Source: an uncultured Acidobacteriota bacterium (lineage in GTDB: Bacteria > Acidobacteriota > Thermoanaerobaculia > Multivoradales > SZUA-115). Taken from it: DNA of 64,000 nucleotides. The notes beneath the pieces were generated by a model. The model was given only the letters and a program-made list of their open reading frames with translations. It had not been told where the DNA came from and made no database searches. This document shows, piece by piece, positions 18,467 to 29,341 of the stretch; position 1 is the first letter of the stretch; the number at the start of each line of letters is the position of its first letter. The stretch lies in the NCBI GenBank assembly GCA_963805975.1, contig CAWDVR010000002.1:416001-480000 (forward strand), in the 5' to 3' direction. The translations under genes and the position numbers were made by a program.

Positions 18467-21400
18467 CCGCTCCACACCCTTCCCGACGCCAGGAACCAGA
18501 GCTCGAACCTCGGCCGGTCGCTGAGGCTCAGGGCCTCTTGCACGGCGCGACGGTAGGTTTCGCCCTGGGAGCGGTAGGCTGCGGCGCGCTCGGCGAGGGC
18601 GTCTTCTCCTTCCAGCTCGTCGGTCTTGTAGTCGGCGACGACCAGCTCGCCGCTGTCGCCGTCCTGGTAGACGAGGTCGGCGGCGCCGGTGACGAAGCCC
18701 ACCGGGCCGGACTCGGCGCCGGGCTCCGATCGCAGAAGCACCGGCGGCAGGAGCACCGGCAGCTCGCGGGCGACGATCGCATCTTGGAGCGCGAGGAAGC
18801 GTGGCCAGAGCGGGCCGGTGACGAAGCGATCGACGATCGACGCGAAGCGCCGGCGCGCCGCCTCCCGATCCGCGGCGGAGAGGCCACGCTCGAGGCCCGC
18901 CTCGGCGGAGCGCCGGGCGCAGGCCAGCGCTTCCCCGGGGTCGCCCTCCGGCGTGAGCATTTCGAGCAACCGGTGAACGGCCGTGCCCACGGCCTTGGCC
19001 ACGCTGCGGGGCACGCCGACGCCGTCCGGGTCTTCTTGGGTGAAAAGCTCCTCCAGATCCATGTGCGTGTCTTCCGAGGCGCGGGCGGAGAACGCTCTCG
19101 CCTGCCGGAGCGCGGCGGCAGCGAGCAGCCGCTCGATCTCGGCACGGCTCGCCGCGAGCTCGGCGGCCGAGGGCAGGGCCGGCCGCGCGTCGCCGGGGCG
19201 GTCTCCGCGCTCGCCCGGTTCGGGCTCTCGCCCGACTTCCAGGCCCGGGAAGGCCCACAGCACGCCGTCGGCGTCGCTCTCGCGGGACCGTCCCTCGGCT
19301 TGGAGGCGGCCGAACAGCTCTTCCGTGTCGGGCGGTGCCGGCTGCCGCAACGCCAGCAGCTCGGCGAAGCATCGCGCCTCGCGCGCGCTCGGCGGCGCGG
19401 CATCGCCCCGGGCGCGCTGCCGCAGCGGCATGCCGAGGAGGACCAGCCGGTCCTTGGCCCGGGTGGTCGCCACGTAGAACAGGCGCACCTGCTCCGCCGC
19501 GCGCACCTGGTCGTCGTGCTCCCGGAGCCTCCAGAAGCCGGGGGACGGAGCGCCCAGGAGGAGCAGTTCCCAGCCGCCCTCGCCGGGCAGCTCGCGGGCC
19601 TCGGTCTTGGCCCCGGGAGTGCTCCGTGGCTGCTTGTGGAGCTGCGGCAGGTAGACGTGCCGGAAGTCGAGGCCCTTGGCCTTGTGGATGGTCATCACCG
19701 CGACCGCACCGGCGCCGCCGGCCCGCGGCCGACCCCCAGGAGGCTGACCTGCGGGCGCCTGGCGCGCGTCCGCCTGCCTCTGGCGCAGGAAGCGAGGCAC
19801 GGCCTGCGGGTCGCCGCCCTCGTCCAACCACAGGGCGAGCTGGCGGAAAAAGCGGTCCAGGTTGGCGAGCCTCCAGGGGCCGAGGAAACGCGCCGTCTCG
19901 GTGGCCTCGATCAGCGTCCAGGACCGCAGCTTGTCGACGAAGACGTCCGCCGGATCGGCGGCGAACGAGGCGCGGAGCGCGGCCAGGGTCTCGAGAAAGG
20001 CGACCAGCGAGCGCTCCCACCCGGCGAGCTCGGCGAGGCCGGGGATCTCGGGCGCCAGGGCCGCGACCTCCCGGCCCACGCGCTCGGCCAGGGCTGCGAG
20101 CCGTGCGGAGGTCTCGGCGTCCGGCGCCACGAGATCGGTGGCGAGCCGCGGCAGGCCCTGGTGCCAGAGCCGCGGCAGGGCGGCATCCGGCACACCGACC
20201 CAGGGGGCGCGCAGGCAGGTGACGAGCGCCAGGTGGTCCGCGGGGTCCAGCACCGCGCGCACCAGGGCACCGGCGTCCAGGATCTCGCGGCGCCGGAAGT
20301 AGCTGCGGTCGCTCGTCACCGCGTAGGGGATGCCCGCCTCCTGGAGCTGGCGCAGGAAGACGTCGAGGTCGGTGGTGGTGCGGAGCAGGATCGCCGCGTC
20401 CTCCCAGGGCACGCCGTGCCCGTCGTGGAGCGAGCGCAGATCGCGGGCGATGGCCGCCGCCTCGATCTCCGCGGCCCGGCGCGCCGGCGTGGCCGCGCCC
20501 GACTGCGGGGCCCACGAGATCCAGTGCTCCACCGGCCCGCGGCCGCCGGCCACGAAGCCCGCCTCGCCCCGTCGCGCCGGGCTCGCGGCGAGCGGCTGGA
20601 AAGCCGGCTGCACGCCTTCTTCGCGCTCCATCACCGGCGCCACCAGCCGCTCCACCTCGGCGAGGATCGCCGGCACCGAGCGGAAGTTGACGGACAGGCG
20701 CTCGAGCCTGCCTCCCGCGGCGAGCACCTCGGCCACGAAGCCGTCGTAGGCCGCGAGGTCGGCGCTGCGCCAGCCGTAGATCGACTGCTTGGGGTCGCCC
20801 ACCAGGAAGAGGCCCGGCCGCGCCTCCGGGGGCCCGTCGAGCGCCAGCAGGCGGATCAGGTCGCACTGCACGTGATCGGTGTCCTGGAACTCGTCCACCA
20901 GGAGCTGGTCGAGGCCGCCGCGCACCAGGGCACGCACGTCCCGATGCCGTACGAGAAGCGAGCGCGCCTCGGTGAGCAGGGCCTGGTAGTGGATGGCGCC
21001 CCTTGCCACCAGGCGCGAGCGCACCTCGGCGAGCACCGGTACCAACGCCTGCCGCGCCGCTTCGAAAGTGAGCGGACGGAGAGCGGTGAAGCGGGACAGC
21101 CGCCGGTCGAGCTCGGCGGCGGCCTCGGCCAGGGCAGGGGCGGTCTCGCCCATCTGCTTGCTCTCGCCCACGTTGAGCTCGCCCACGGCCCACTTGCCGA
21201 TGCGCGCCGAGCAGTCGCCGTCCAGCAGCTCGCACGCGCGGCGGATCGCCTGGTCGAGCGCCTGCGCTGCCGATGGCGCCGGCCCCAGGCCGAGCCCGGT
21301 CAACCTCTCGACTCCGTCGAGCGCGTCGTGCGTGATGCTCCGCTTCTTCTCGGAGCGCGAGGTAGCGCGCAATCGGCTCGCCGCGACCGCGAGCAGCCGC

Positions 21401-22167
21401 TCCGCGGCGCGGGGAACCTCAGCCACGAGCCCGGCGGCCAGCTCGGGCGAGAAGTGCTCCCGCGCCAGCTCCTCCTCCGGCACGCCGGAGAGCACCAGCA
21501 CGCGCGCCGCCTCGGCCAGCTCCCGCGGCCCGGCTCCGAGCGCCGCCAGGTCCAGATACACGGCGCCGGCTCCCACCGCGGCCGGCGCCGTGTACGCCTC
21601 GCGCAACCGCTCGTCCAGCACCTCTCGCAGCACCTCGTCGAGCACCTCGCCCTCGGCATCGACCTCGAGGTCCGGGTGCAGGCCCGCGGCGAGCGGGTGC
21701 GCGGCGAGGAGGCGCCGGCAGAAGGCGTGGATGGTGGAGACATGGAGGCGGTCGAGCTGCGCGAGGAGGGCCCGCGCGCGGTGCGCCTGCTCCGGGCTCT
21801 CCACGCCCACGGCTTCGGACGCGAAGCCCACCGGCGCGCGCCCGGCCGCGACCTCGGCCAGCGCCGCCGCCACCTTCTCGGCCATCTCGGCCGCCGCCGC
21901 CTCGGTGAAGGTGATCGCCGCCAGGCCGTCGAGCACCCGCGCCGCCACCGCCTCGGGATCGGCGGCGGCGGTCGCCCGCTCCGCCAGGCGCGCCTCGTTC
22001 CTGGCCCAGCCACGGCCCAGGCACCAGGCGAGCACGCGGGCCACCAGCGTGGCCGTCTTGCCGGTGCCGGCGCCGGCCTCGAGCACGAACGGGCGCTCGA
22101 GCTCCTGCTGGGCGGCGAGCCGCGCCGCCGCATCCAGCGCGGCGAGGTCCGCTGGAGCGGTGCTCAC
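18463..22167 (-). CDS. addA: AddA/RexA-like UvrD helicase-nuclease
   Basis: AGAGTGKT, TFTEAAAAEM, STIHAFC, VDEFQDT, GDPKQSIY, MTIHKAKGL, YVATTRA; C-terminal PD-(D/E)xK DL..DYKT; GTG overlaps the addB stop. Confidence 0.88.
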   Translation of the reverse strand: MSTAPADLAALDAAARLAAQQELERPFVLEAGAGTGKTATLVARVLAWCLGRGWARNEARLAERATAAADPEAVAARVLDGLAAITFTEAAAAEMAEKVAAALAEVAAGRAPVGFASEAVGVESPEQAHRARALLAQLDRLHVSTIHAFCRRLLAAHPLAAGLHPDLEVDAEGEVLDEVLREVLDERLREAYTAPAAVGAGAVYLDLAALGAGPRELAEAARVLVLSGVPEEELAREHFSPELAAGLVAEVPRAAERLLAVAASRLRATSRSEKKRSITHDALDGVERLTGLGLGPAPSAAQALDQAIRRACELLDGDCSARIGKWAVGELNVGESKQMGETAPALAEAAAELDRRLSRFTALRPLTFEAARQALVPVLAEVRSRLVARGAIHYQALLTEARSLLVRHRDVRALVRGGLDQLLVDEFQDTDHVQCDLIRLLALDGPPEARPGLFLVGDPKQSIYGWRSADLAAYDGFVAEVLAAGGRLERLSVNFRSVPAILAEVERLVAPVMEREEGVQPAFQPLAASPARRGEAGFVAGGRGPVEHWISWAPQSGAATPARRAAEIEAAAIARDLRSLHDGHGVPWEDAAILLRTTTDLDVFLRQLQEAGIPYAVTSDRSYFRRREILDAGALVRAVLDPADHLALVTCLRAPWVGVPDAALPRLWHQGLPRLATDLVAPDAETSARLAALAERVGREVAALAPEIPGLAELAGWERSLVAFLETLAALRASFAADPADVFVDKLRSWTLIEATETARFLGPWRLANLDRFFRQLALWLDEGGDPQAVPRFLRQRQADARQAPAGQPPGGRPRAGGAGAVAVMTIHKAKGLDFRHVYLPQLHKQPRSTPGAKTEARELPGEGGWELLLLGAPSPGFWRLREHDDQVRAAEQVRLFYVATTRAKDRLVLLGMPLRQRARGDAAPPSAREARCFAELLALRQPAPPDTEELFGRLQAEGRSRESDADGVLWAFPGLEVGREPEPGERGDRPGDARPALPSAAELAASRAEIERLLAAAALRQARAFSARASEDTHMDLEELFTQEDPDGVGVPRSVAKAVGTAVHRLLEMLTPEGDPGEALACARRSAEAGLERGLSAADREAARRRFASIVDRFVTGPLWPRFLALQDAIVARELPVLLPPVLLRSEPGAESGPVGFVTGAADLVYQDGDSGELVVADYKTDELEGEDALAERAAAYRSQGETYRRAVQEALSLSDRPRFELWFLASGRVWSG

Positions 22168-25100
22168 TCTTCGCCTCCGGCCGTTCCCCGCTGCCGCGCG
22201 TGGAGCTGAAAGAGCGCGAACGCCTCGCCACCCGCGATCTCGGCTTCGCCGCCCGCCGTCCTGGCTTCGCCGTCCGGGCGCTCGCGTGCCGCCTCCACCC
22301 AGCGCGCCAGACGCCGCGTGGCGCCGGAGTCGCGCTGCGAGCAGGCCTCGACCATGGCGCAGTAGCGGCAGGCGCTGCCTTCTTCCTCGAGCTTGTCGTC
22401 CAGCAGGCGGGGCAGGAACGTGCCGCGTTCGCGCGCCGCCCACAGCACCCGGACGGCCTCGGAGAACCGCTGCCGGGCTTCGGCGTCGTCCCCCGGCAGG
22501 CCCTGAGCACGCGGCAGGGTCGCGTCCTCCGGCCGGCCGAGGAAGAGGTAACGGCCGGCGATCGCTTGCGGGCCTCCCGCGCCGGACAGCGCATAGGCGG
22601 CGGCCTGCAAACGCCTTCCGCTGCCGACGGCGTCGAGCAGGTGGCGGCGCCGGGTCGCCTCCTGTTTGGCCTCGGAGAGCGGCTTGCCCACCTTGAGGTC
22701 GGTGAGCACCACGCCGTCCGCCACCGCCTGTGCGAGGTCGGCGCGGAAGCGCACCTGGAGCGCCCGGCCGGCCGCGCCGGTCACCGTGACGGTGCCCTCG
22801 ACCTCGGCACCGTAGACCGCGCCCGGGTCTCCCAGCCCAGCCCCGGCCGCGGCGGCCAGGAACACCAAGGCCCGCCGTGCCAGCGGCCGGGCGAGGAGCG
22901 GCACGCCCCGCGCGCGGGCCACCCGCGCCGCGGCCTCCTCTGCCAGGGCTTCGAGCTCGCCCTCCGGCGGCCAGCTCCAGGGAACGGGCGGCACGGCCAG
23001 CGCCTCGCCGAGCAAGCCGCCGATCTGCCCGCCGAGCTGCCGCACGCGGCGCTCGGCCACCGCGTGCACCACCTCTCCCACCAGCAGCCCGTCGAGCGCC
23101 GCCAACGAAGCCAGCGGGTCCGGCGCCGGCTCGATGCGGAGGCGGCGCTCGAGGAGCGTCTGCCAGCCGCAGGCGGACAGGCGCTCGAGCTCGGTGACGA
23201 AGATCTCTTCGACCGCGTCGGGACCCACCCAGCCGAAGAACGGCCCCAGGCGCGCGGCCCGGCGGCGGCCTTCCACGGTCGAGAGGTCGGGGTCCAGCTC
23301 GTCGAGCGCCGCCAGGCGCACGCGGGCCAGCTCCTCCGGGCCAGGCTGCCTGCACGCCGCCAGCGCCTGCGGCAGCGAGCCGCCGCAGACCCTTCGCGGC
23401 CGTGCGCGAGCCCGGCGACCACGGCCTGCTCGTCGGCCGGCAGCGCCAGGGCGGCCGGTGCGAGGCGCGGGTCGTGGGGGTGGGCCGCTGTTCTCTCCTG
23501 CCGCGGCACGTCGGCGAGCCGCAGGCGCTCGAGGAGCGGCGAGGCCGCCTGCGGCTCCCCGTCATCGTCCGTCGCGCGGTAGGACACCGTCACCCGCTCG
23601 GCCGAGGAGAGGAGCTGCGCGAACAGGTAGCGCTCCTCGGCGTGGCCCTCGTCCTTGACCGGCAGGTCCGGCAGCACGGCGCGCAAGGCGCGGCGCAGGG
23701 CGTCGGGCAGCAACGGGTCCTCCACCACCTGGCGTGGGAAGAGGTCGCGGTTGGCGCCCACCAGGAACAGGTGGTCGAAGGTGCGGCCACGGGCCGCCGT
23801 GGCGTCGAGCACCTGCACGCCACCTCCGGCTCCTCCCAGCGGGCGGTGCGCCGTCTGCTCGAGCGCCCGGCGCAGAGCCAGGGGCACCTCGTCGGCGCCG
23901 AGCTGAAAGCCCGGAGGGAGCTCGCCGGCGAGAACCGCGAGCGCCGTGCCCACTCGCTGCCGCGCGGGATCCTCTTCCGGCCAGCCGAGAGCCCCTGCCA
24001 GGAGGGTCCGCAGCCAGGCGAGCTGCGCCTCGACGGCCGCCTCCCGCGGCCGGTTCTCGAGGTGCGAAGCGAGCCGGCTCGCCGCCTCGACCGCGGCCCT
24101 CAGCACCCTACCCGGCAGGTAACGGCGTTCGAGCCTCGGCGCGGCCGGCGACGCCCCTGGCTCCCGGGCACCTTCCTCCCGCGGAGCCTCCGGCTCCTCG
24201 CGCTCCTCGTCGATCTCCTCCGCCCCCAGCCGCATCGGCAAGGGCAAGGCGCCGCGCACGAGGTAGGCGTCCGGTACCAGCTCGGCCACGTCGCCGAGCT
24301 GGGTGGCGCCCACGCTCCGCAGCCCGACCCGCAGGTCGAGAAGGGGGCCCAGGCCGGCTGCCGCCGTGCCTTCGAACGCCCCCAGCCAGCGGTCCACTGG
24401 CACCCGGCGCCCTAGGGCGAGGAGGTCGAGAAGCGCCCCCAGCCGGCGTTCGACCGCGCCCGGCGCCGCCTCGGCCGACGGCGCCGAGAAGGGCACGCCG
24501 AGACGGGAAAGCGCGCGCCGCAGAGGCAGGCGGTACGGCCCCAGATCGCGGGCCACGATGCCGACGGACTCCGGCGCGGTGCCCGCCGCGAGCAGCTCGA
24601 GGATCGCCAGCGCCAGGTCCCGGGCCTCGGCGTGCGCGCCGGGTGCTGCGACCAAGGCCAGGCTCCCCGGCGAGCGGCTGGACGGGTCGGACACGGAAGG
24701 GACGGCCAGGGACTCGAGGTCCACGCCGCCCAGCCGCCAGGCCAGCCGCGCGGCGAAGGGAGCCCCCGCCGGCGCCCCGCCGGCCGAGAGGTCGGGCGGC
24801 AGGTCGAGCACCACCTCGGCGCCGAGCTTCCCGGCCAGCACCCCGAGCAGGTCGAGCGCCAGGCCGGTAGCGTTGGCGTAGCCGTGGATCAGCACGGCAC
24901 GAGCCGGGAGGAGGCCGGGATCGCCGGCCAGGAGATCGGCGGCACGGGCGTAGAGGTCGCCCTGCCGGCCCAGGCCTTCGTTGCGGAGCAGGACCCACGC
25001 GGCCGCGGCCACGCGGGCGATCTCGCGCGCCAGGGCCGTCGGCCCGCGGTAGGCGGGCGCCAGCGCGGCGAGCTGCTCGTCGAGGGCGGGCAGGTGGTCG

Positions 25101-25528
25101 GCGGTGAAGCCCGCGTCCAGCAGGTCGCGTACCGTGGCCACCACCGTGCCGAAGCCGTCGCGGACGGGCCCCAGCGCGGCGGCCAGCAGGCGCTGGCGCT
25201 CGGCCAGCCGGCGCACGAAGATCTCGAGCGCGATCCCACCGCGCGGCGCCGGCTCGCCGGCACGGTCCAGCACCCCGGCGGCCAGACGAAAGAGGGTATG
25301 GATCGAGACCCCGGCCGCGGCCCTCCCCCGCCGCCGCATCCAGGCGGCCGAGAGGTGCTGCGCCAGGCTCGCGGAAGGCACCACCACGAGGACGGGCTGG
25401 CGAAGCAGCCCGGGGGAGCTACGGGCCTCTTCGGCCCAGGCATCGAGCCGATCCAGCACCTCCGCCTCGGCCTGGCGCGCACCGCGGGCGATGATCAAAG
25501 GGTTGCGCTGCAGTGAGGAGGAAGACAT
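22164..25528 (-). CDS. addB: AddB/RexB-like nuclease subunit (apparent indel(s) near 23350-23400)
   Basis: ARGRTFDHLFLVG.N...FP, EERYLF, C-terminal RADL..DLK..LQAAAY; Fe-S staple Cys in LSACGW plus CRYC....C. Confidence 0.8.
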
Positions 25529-25609
25529 GGGCCTGGGCGCGAGCCTAGCAAGCCCGCGGTGGTTTCCGATCCGCGATTCTCGCTGGACCGGCGTGCAGCT
25601 CCAGCCGTC

Positions 25610-25694
25610 GGATGGATTCCCGCTTTCGCGGGAATGACGCTGTGCCCTCGCCCCGAGCCACCCTCGTCATTCCCGCGAAAGCGGGGATCCATCC
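25610..25694. repeat. REP-like palindromic doublet, family B (CGTCATTCCCGCGAAAGCGGG.ATCCA)
   Basis: Near-perfect 30-bp inverted repeat 25610-25639 / 25665-25694; each arm is itself a hairpin. Confidence 0.88.
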
Positions 25695-25800
25695 AGCGGC
25701 TTGCACAGTCTGGGCATCAGCCAGGGTCTCCGCCTTGCGCGGTTCCCTGGCCTGGGGGAAGATCCGGCCGCACGGTACCCCGCCTCCGGCTCAGCCCTCC

Positions 25801-27024
25801 ATGCCCTCGTCTCCCGCACCCGGTGAACCCGTAGACCCTGCCGCCGAGCCCGACGAGCCCTCCGTGCCGCTCTGGCGGAGCCTGCTGCTTCCTTCACTCT
25901 TCCTGCTCATCGCGATGCTCAACCTGACGCTGCCGGTCGTCGGGCTGAAGGAGCTCATCCTCGATCGGCTGGGCGGCACCACCGCCGACGCCAGCCTTTT
26001 CTTCACCGTCGAGATGCTGGCCTACATCCTCTTCGCGCCACTCTGGGGCCTGCTCTCCGACCGCTGGGGCAAGCGCAAGCCGCTCGTCGTGCTGGGCTTC
26101 CTGCTCTCGGCGCCGCTCTACGCCTCCTATGCCCATGCGCCCTCGGTGCCGGTCCTCCTCGCGCTCCGCTTCGTGCAGGGAGCCCTCACCATCGCCGCCT
26201 GGTCGACGCTGATGGCCCTGGTGGTCGACCAGGCCGGCGCGAAGAGGCGCGGCCGGGCGATGGGGGTGATGGGAGGCGCGCTCTCGCTCGGCGTCTCCTT
26301 CGGCGTCCCGATCGGCGGCTACCTCTCCCGCGATCACGGCTCCACGGCGCCGGTCCACATCGCCGCCGTGCTCTTCCTGGCGATTGGCCTCGGCAGCCTG
26401 GCCCTCGCCGAGAGCCGCCGTCTGGCCCACCAGCCGACCTGGCGGGAGATCACTACCGCGCTCGCCCGCCAGCCGCGGCTGCTCCTGCCCTACCTCTTCT
26501 ACTTCGTGGACCGCTACACGGTGGGCTTCTTCGTCGTCCTCTTCCCGCTCTACCTGGGCTCGCTCGGCATCGCGGACCCGGCGGTCAAGGGACGCTACCT
26601 CGCCCTTTTCCTGTTGCCGTTCGCTCTGCTCCAGCCCCTGGCCGGACGGCTCGCCGAGCGCACCGGTCCCTGGGCGCTCCTGATCGGCGGTTCGCTCGCC
26701 TACGGCCTGCTGCTCTCCACCGTGGGCTTCGCCGGCCTCTCGACGCTCTGGTGGGTGATGCTGGGGCTCGGCGTGCTCGCGGCGCTCATGTTCACGCCCG
26801 CACTGGTGCTCGCGGCCCAGGCCTCGAGCGCCGAGACCCGGGCCAGCGCCATGGGCGGCTTCAACCTCGCGGGCTCTCTGGGCTTCGCCTTCGGCCCGCT
26901 GGTCGGCGCCTGGGCCTTCCAGGCCCGCGGTTACGGCTTCGCGTTCGTGGTCGCGGGGGGTCTCGAGGTGGCTTGCGCGCTGGTGGGGCTGGTGCTCGCC
27001 CGTCGCTGGGCGCTCATGCGCTGA
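25801..27024 (+). CDS. MFS transporter
   Basis: Motif A GLLSDRWGKRKP; about 12 hydrophobic segments. Confidence 0.9.
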   Translation: MPSSPAPGEPVDPAAEPDEPSVPLWRSLLLPSLFLLIAMLNLTLPVVGLKELILDRLGGTTADASLFFTVEMLAYILFAPLWGLLSDRWGKRKPLVVLGFLLSAPLYASYAHAPSVPVLLALRFVQGALTIAAWSTLMALVVDQAGAKRRGRAMGVMGGALSLGVSFGVPIGGYLSRDHGSTAPVHIAAVLFLAIGLGSLALAESRRLAHQPTWREITTALARQPRLLLPYLFYFVDRYTVGFFVVLFPLYLGSLGIADPAVKGRYLALFLLPFALLQPLAGRLAERTGPWALLIGGSLAYGLLLSTVGFAGLSTLWWVMLGLGVLAALMFTPALVLAAQASSAETRASAMGGFNLAGSLGFAFGPLVGAWAFQARGYGFAFVVAGGLEVACALVGLVLARRWALMR

Positions 27025-27035
27025 GCGAGAGGACG

Positions 27036-27614
27036 CTACTGGCTGGTGAGCACCTTTTCGATCCGCTTGTCCGGCACCAGCCACATCACGGCCACCAGCA
27101 CGTACAGCGCGCAGGACAGCCGGCGATCGACCAAGGTCAGCAGGATCGCCACGGCGTAGATCACCACCGACACCTTGCCCTTGAAGTCGCTGCCGATGGC
27201 GGCGGCGAGGCGAGAGCTCTTGCCGTGGTGAGCGATCAGCACCTGCGCCAGGATGAAGTAGGCGACGCCCGCCATGAGCAGCACCCCGCCATAGGCCGCC
27301 ACCGGCCAGGGAGCGAAATGGCTCTCCCCCATCCAGCTCGTGGCGAAGGGGACCAGCGACAGCCAGAACAGCAGGTGCAGGTTGGCCCACAGCGTGGGCC
27401 CATTGACGTGGGCGACCGCCTGCAACAGGTGGTGGTGGTTGTTCCAGTAGATGCCGAGGTAGATGAAGCTCAGCACGTAGGAGAGGAAGATCGGGAAGAG
27501 CGGCCGGAGCGCCGCGAGGCTCGCCTCGTGCGGCGCCCTGAGCTCGAGCACCATGATGGTGATGAGGATGGCGATCACGCCATCGCTGAACGCCTCCAAG
27601 CGGCCCTTGCTCAT
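27036..27614 (-). CDS. TMEM175-family (DUF1211) potassium channel
   Basis: RLEAFSDGVIAILITIM signature, IYWNNHHH, PFATSW. Confidence 0.92.
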   Translation of the reverse strand: MSKGRLEAFSDGVIAILITIMVLELRAPHEASLAALRPLFPIFLSYVLSFIYLGIYWNNHHHLLQAVAHVNGPTLWANLHLLFWLSLVPFATSWMGESHFAPWPVAAYGGVLLMAGVAYFILAQVLIAHHGKSSRLAAAIGSDFKGKVSVVIYAVAILLTLVDRRLSCALYVLVAVMWLVPDKRIEKVLTSQ

Positions 27615-28237
27615 CGGGCGCTCTCCACCCTACCTCCGGCCGTCGCACGCACTGGCCAGAGGGCCGCCAGCAGCAGCCAGAGCGCGACCAGGAGAAGCAG
27701 CGGGAAGAGGAAGCTCGCTTGCAGGATTCCCAAGGCGACGACCAGGGGCGCTGCCGCGCCGTGCGCCACCGCGCCCAGGATCCCGAGCCAGGCGATCCAG
27801 GGCGAGCCCAGGACGCGGTCACGAGCTCCCGCCAGGATCAACCCCACGGTCGTCACCGCGAAGATAGGGTAGAGGACCACCGCCAGCCACAGGTGAATGG
27901 TGAGGATGGGCGTGGCTCTCCCGGCCATCAGGTTGGCGTGATCGACGGACGAGGCGGTGTGGAAGGCCATCTCGACCGCCTGGAGGGCGGTCCCGATCAC
28001 CGCATAGCGGACCCAGGTCCGCGTCCTGTCGGGCAGGGAGCCGGCACGCTCGAAAAGAATCAATCCGACGAGCATCGCCACGAAGCCGGCGAGCAGCAGG
28101 GCATGAGACGGCACCCACTTGGGGTGCGCGAGCATCTCTCCCATCGTCCCTTGCGGATGCTGCGGTCCACCGATCATCATCAGCAGCGCCGAGAGGATGA
28201 AGAACAGGCGCCAGCCGGCAAAGCCAAGCGTTTTCAT
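27611..28237 (-). CDS. Hypothetical membrane protein (about 6 TM)
   Basis: 208-aa hydrophobic ORF with ATGA overlap onto the TMEM175 gene; several His within or near TMs. Confidence 0.7.
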   Translation of the reverse strand: MKTLGFAGWRLFFILSALLMMIGGPQHPQGTMGEMLAHPKWVPSHALLLAGFVAMLVGLILFERAGSLPDRTRTWVRYAVIGTALQAVEMAFHTASSVDHANLMAGRATPILTIHLWLAVVLYPIFAVTTVGLILAGARDRVLGSPWIAWLGILGAVAHGAAAPLVVALGILQASFLFPLLLLVALWLLLAALWPVRATAGGRVESAR

Positions 28238-28359
28238 AAGCTATCCCCGTGGCCAAAGGCCGGATATCGACCATGGCCGGCCCGAGCCATTCCGCTCTTG
28301 GCCGGCCCCCAGACTGCTCTGACGATTTGTGGCGGGAGTCTACACCGTCGGCGCAGCCT

Positions 28360-28749
28360 TCACTTGCGCTCCACGAGGTCCCACTTGTTGCCGTAGAGGT
28401 CGCGGAACACGACTACGAGGCCGTACGGTTCCTGACGTGGCTCTTCGGTGAGCTCGACGCCGTGCGACTTCAGGTGATGGTAGTCGGCCCAGAAGTCGTC
28501 GGTGTGGAGGAACAGGAACACGCGTCCCCCGGTCTGGTTGCCGACGTGGCTCAGTTGCTCCGGCGTGGCCGCCTTGGCGAGGAGCAGAGAGGCTCCTGGG
28601 GACGCCGCCGGCGCCACCACCACCCAGCGCTTGCCGGCACCGAGGGGGGTGTCTTCCACCAGCGCGAAGCGAAGGGCCTCGGTGAAGAAAGAGATGGCCT
28701 CGTCGTAGTCGCGAACGACGAGCGTGAGACATGCGATCGATCGCGCCAC
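28360..28749 (-). CDS. VOC/glyoxalase family protein
   Basis: LVVRDYDEAISFF, GNQTGGRVFLFL.TDDF, VFRDLYGNKWDL; SD GGAGG before the GTG. Confidence 0.92.
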   Translation of the reverse strand: MARSIACLTLVVRDYDEAISFFTEALRFALVEDTPLGAGKRWVVVAPAASPGASLLLAKAATPEQLSHVGNQTGGRVFLFLHTDDFWADYHHLKSHGVELTEEPRQEPYGLVVVFRDLYGNKWDLVERK

Positions 28750-28861
28750 GGACACCTCCCCTTCTCTCATGCAGGCGTGCTCTCGTTCCAGAGTCTACGC
28801 CGAGGCCGGCGAGCCCACGATCCCCGATACGACGGCCGGAGCACGAGCCGGCGCCGAGATT

Positions 28862-29290
28862 TCAGCCTCGCCGCTTCGTCAGTTCACCGCGAAATCGAAG
28901 CCCTCCGTCGGGTCCCCTGTGACCACGATGTTCGCCACCGGAAAGCGTGTCGAGCAGGCCGAAGGCGAGCGTTGCCATGGAGTCGTGAGCGCTCAGCTCG
29001 TCGGTGAAGACCCCGTTGACGAAGTACACCGTGGCCTTCTTCGGGTTCTCTCCACACACCGCCTTCGCTCTCACCGCACGCTGCCGGACACACGCCGGTC
29101 TGCAGATCCTCGACCGTGATCTCCACCGCCAGGTTGGTGAGGCCGGCGGCGAAGGCCCAGAAGCGGCTGTTGGCGCCGCAGGCGTCGAGCACCTTGATGA
29201 CGAACTCCACGTTGGTGCTCTGGAAGAACCGGAAGTAGCCGGTGTCGTTGGTCAGCTTCACCACGCGCCCGACACCGCTCTGCCCGGTAA
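28862..29290 (-). pseudogene. Mosaic of truncated gene fragments
   Basis: [53 protein letters not shown], broken off and followed in another frame by ..[13 protein letters not shown]..; no clear start or normal end. Confidence 0.6.
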
Positions 29291-29341
29291 GGATGTGTGT
29301 CCTTCAGAGGACAGACGCGACAACGAGTCGTCGATCAGGCC

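Noticed and set aside
18463-25528. Helicase-nuclease pair as a novel defence system
   Set aside because: Motifs, gene order and the Fe-S staple match standard AddAB recombination repair.
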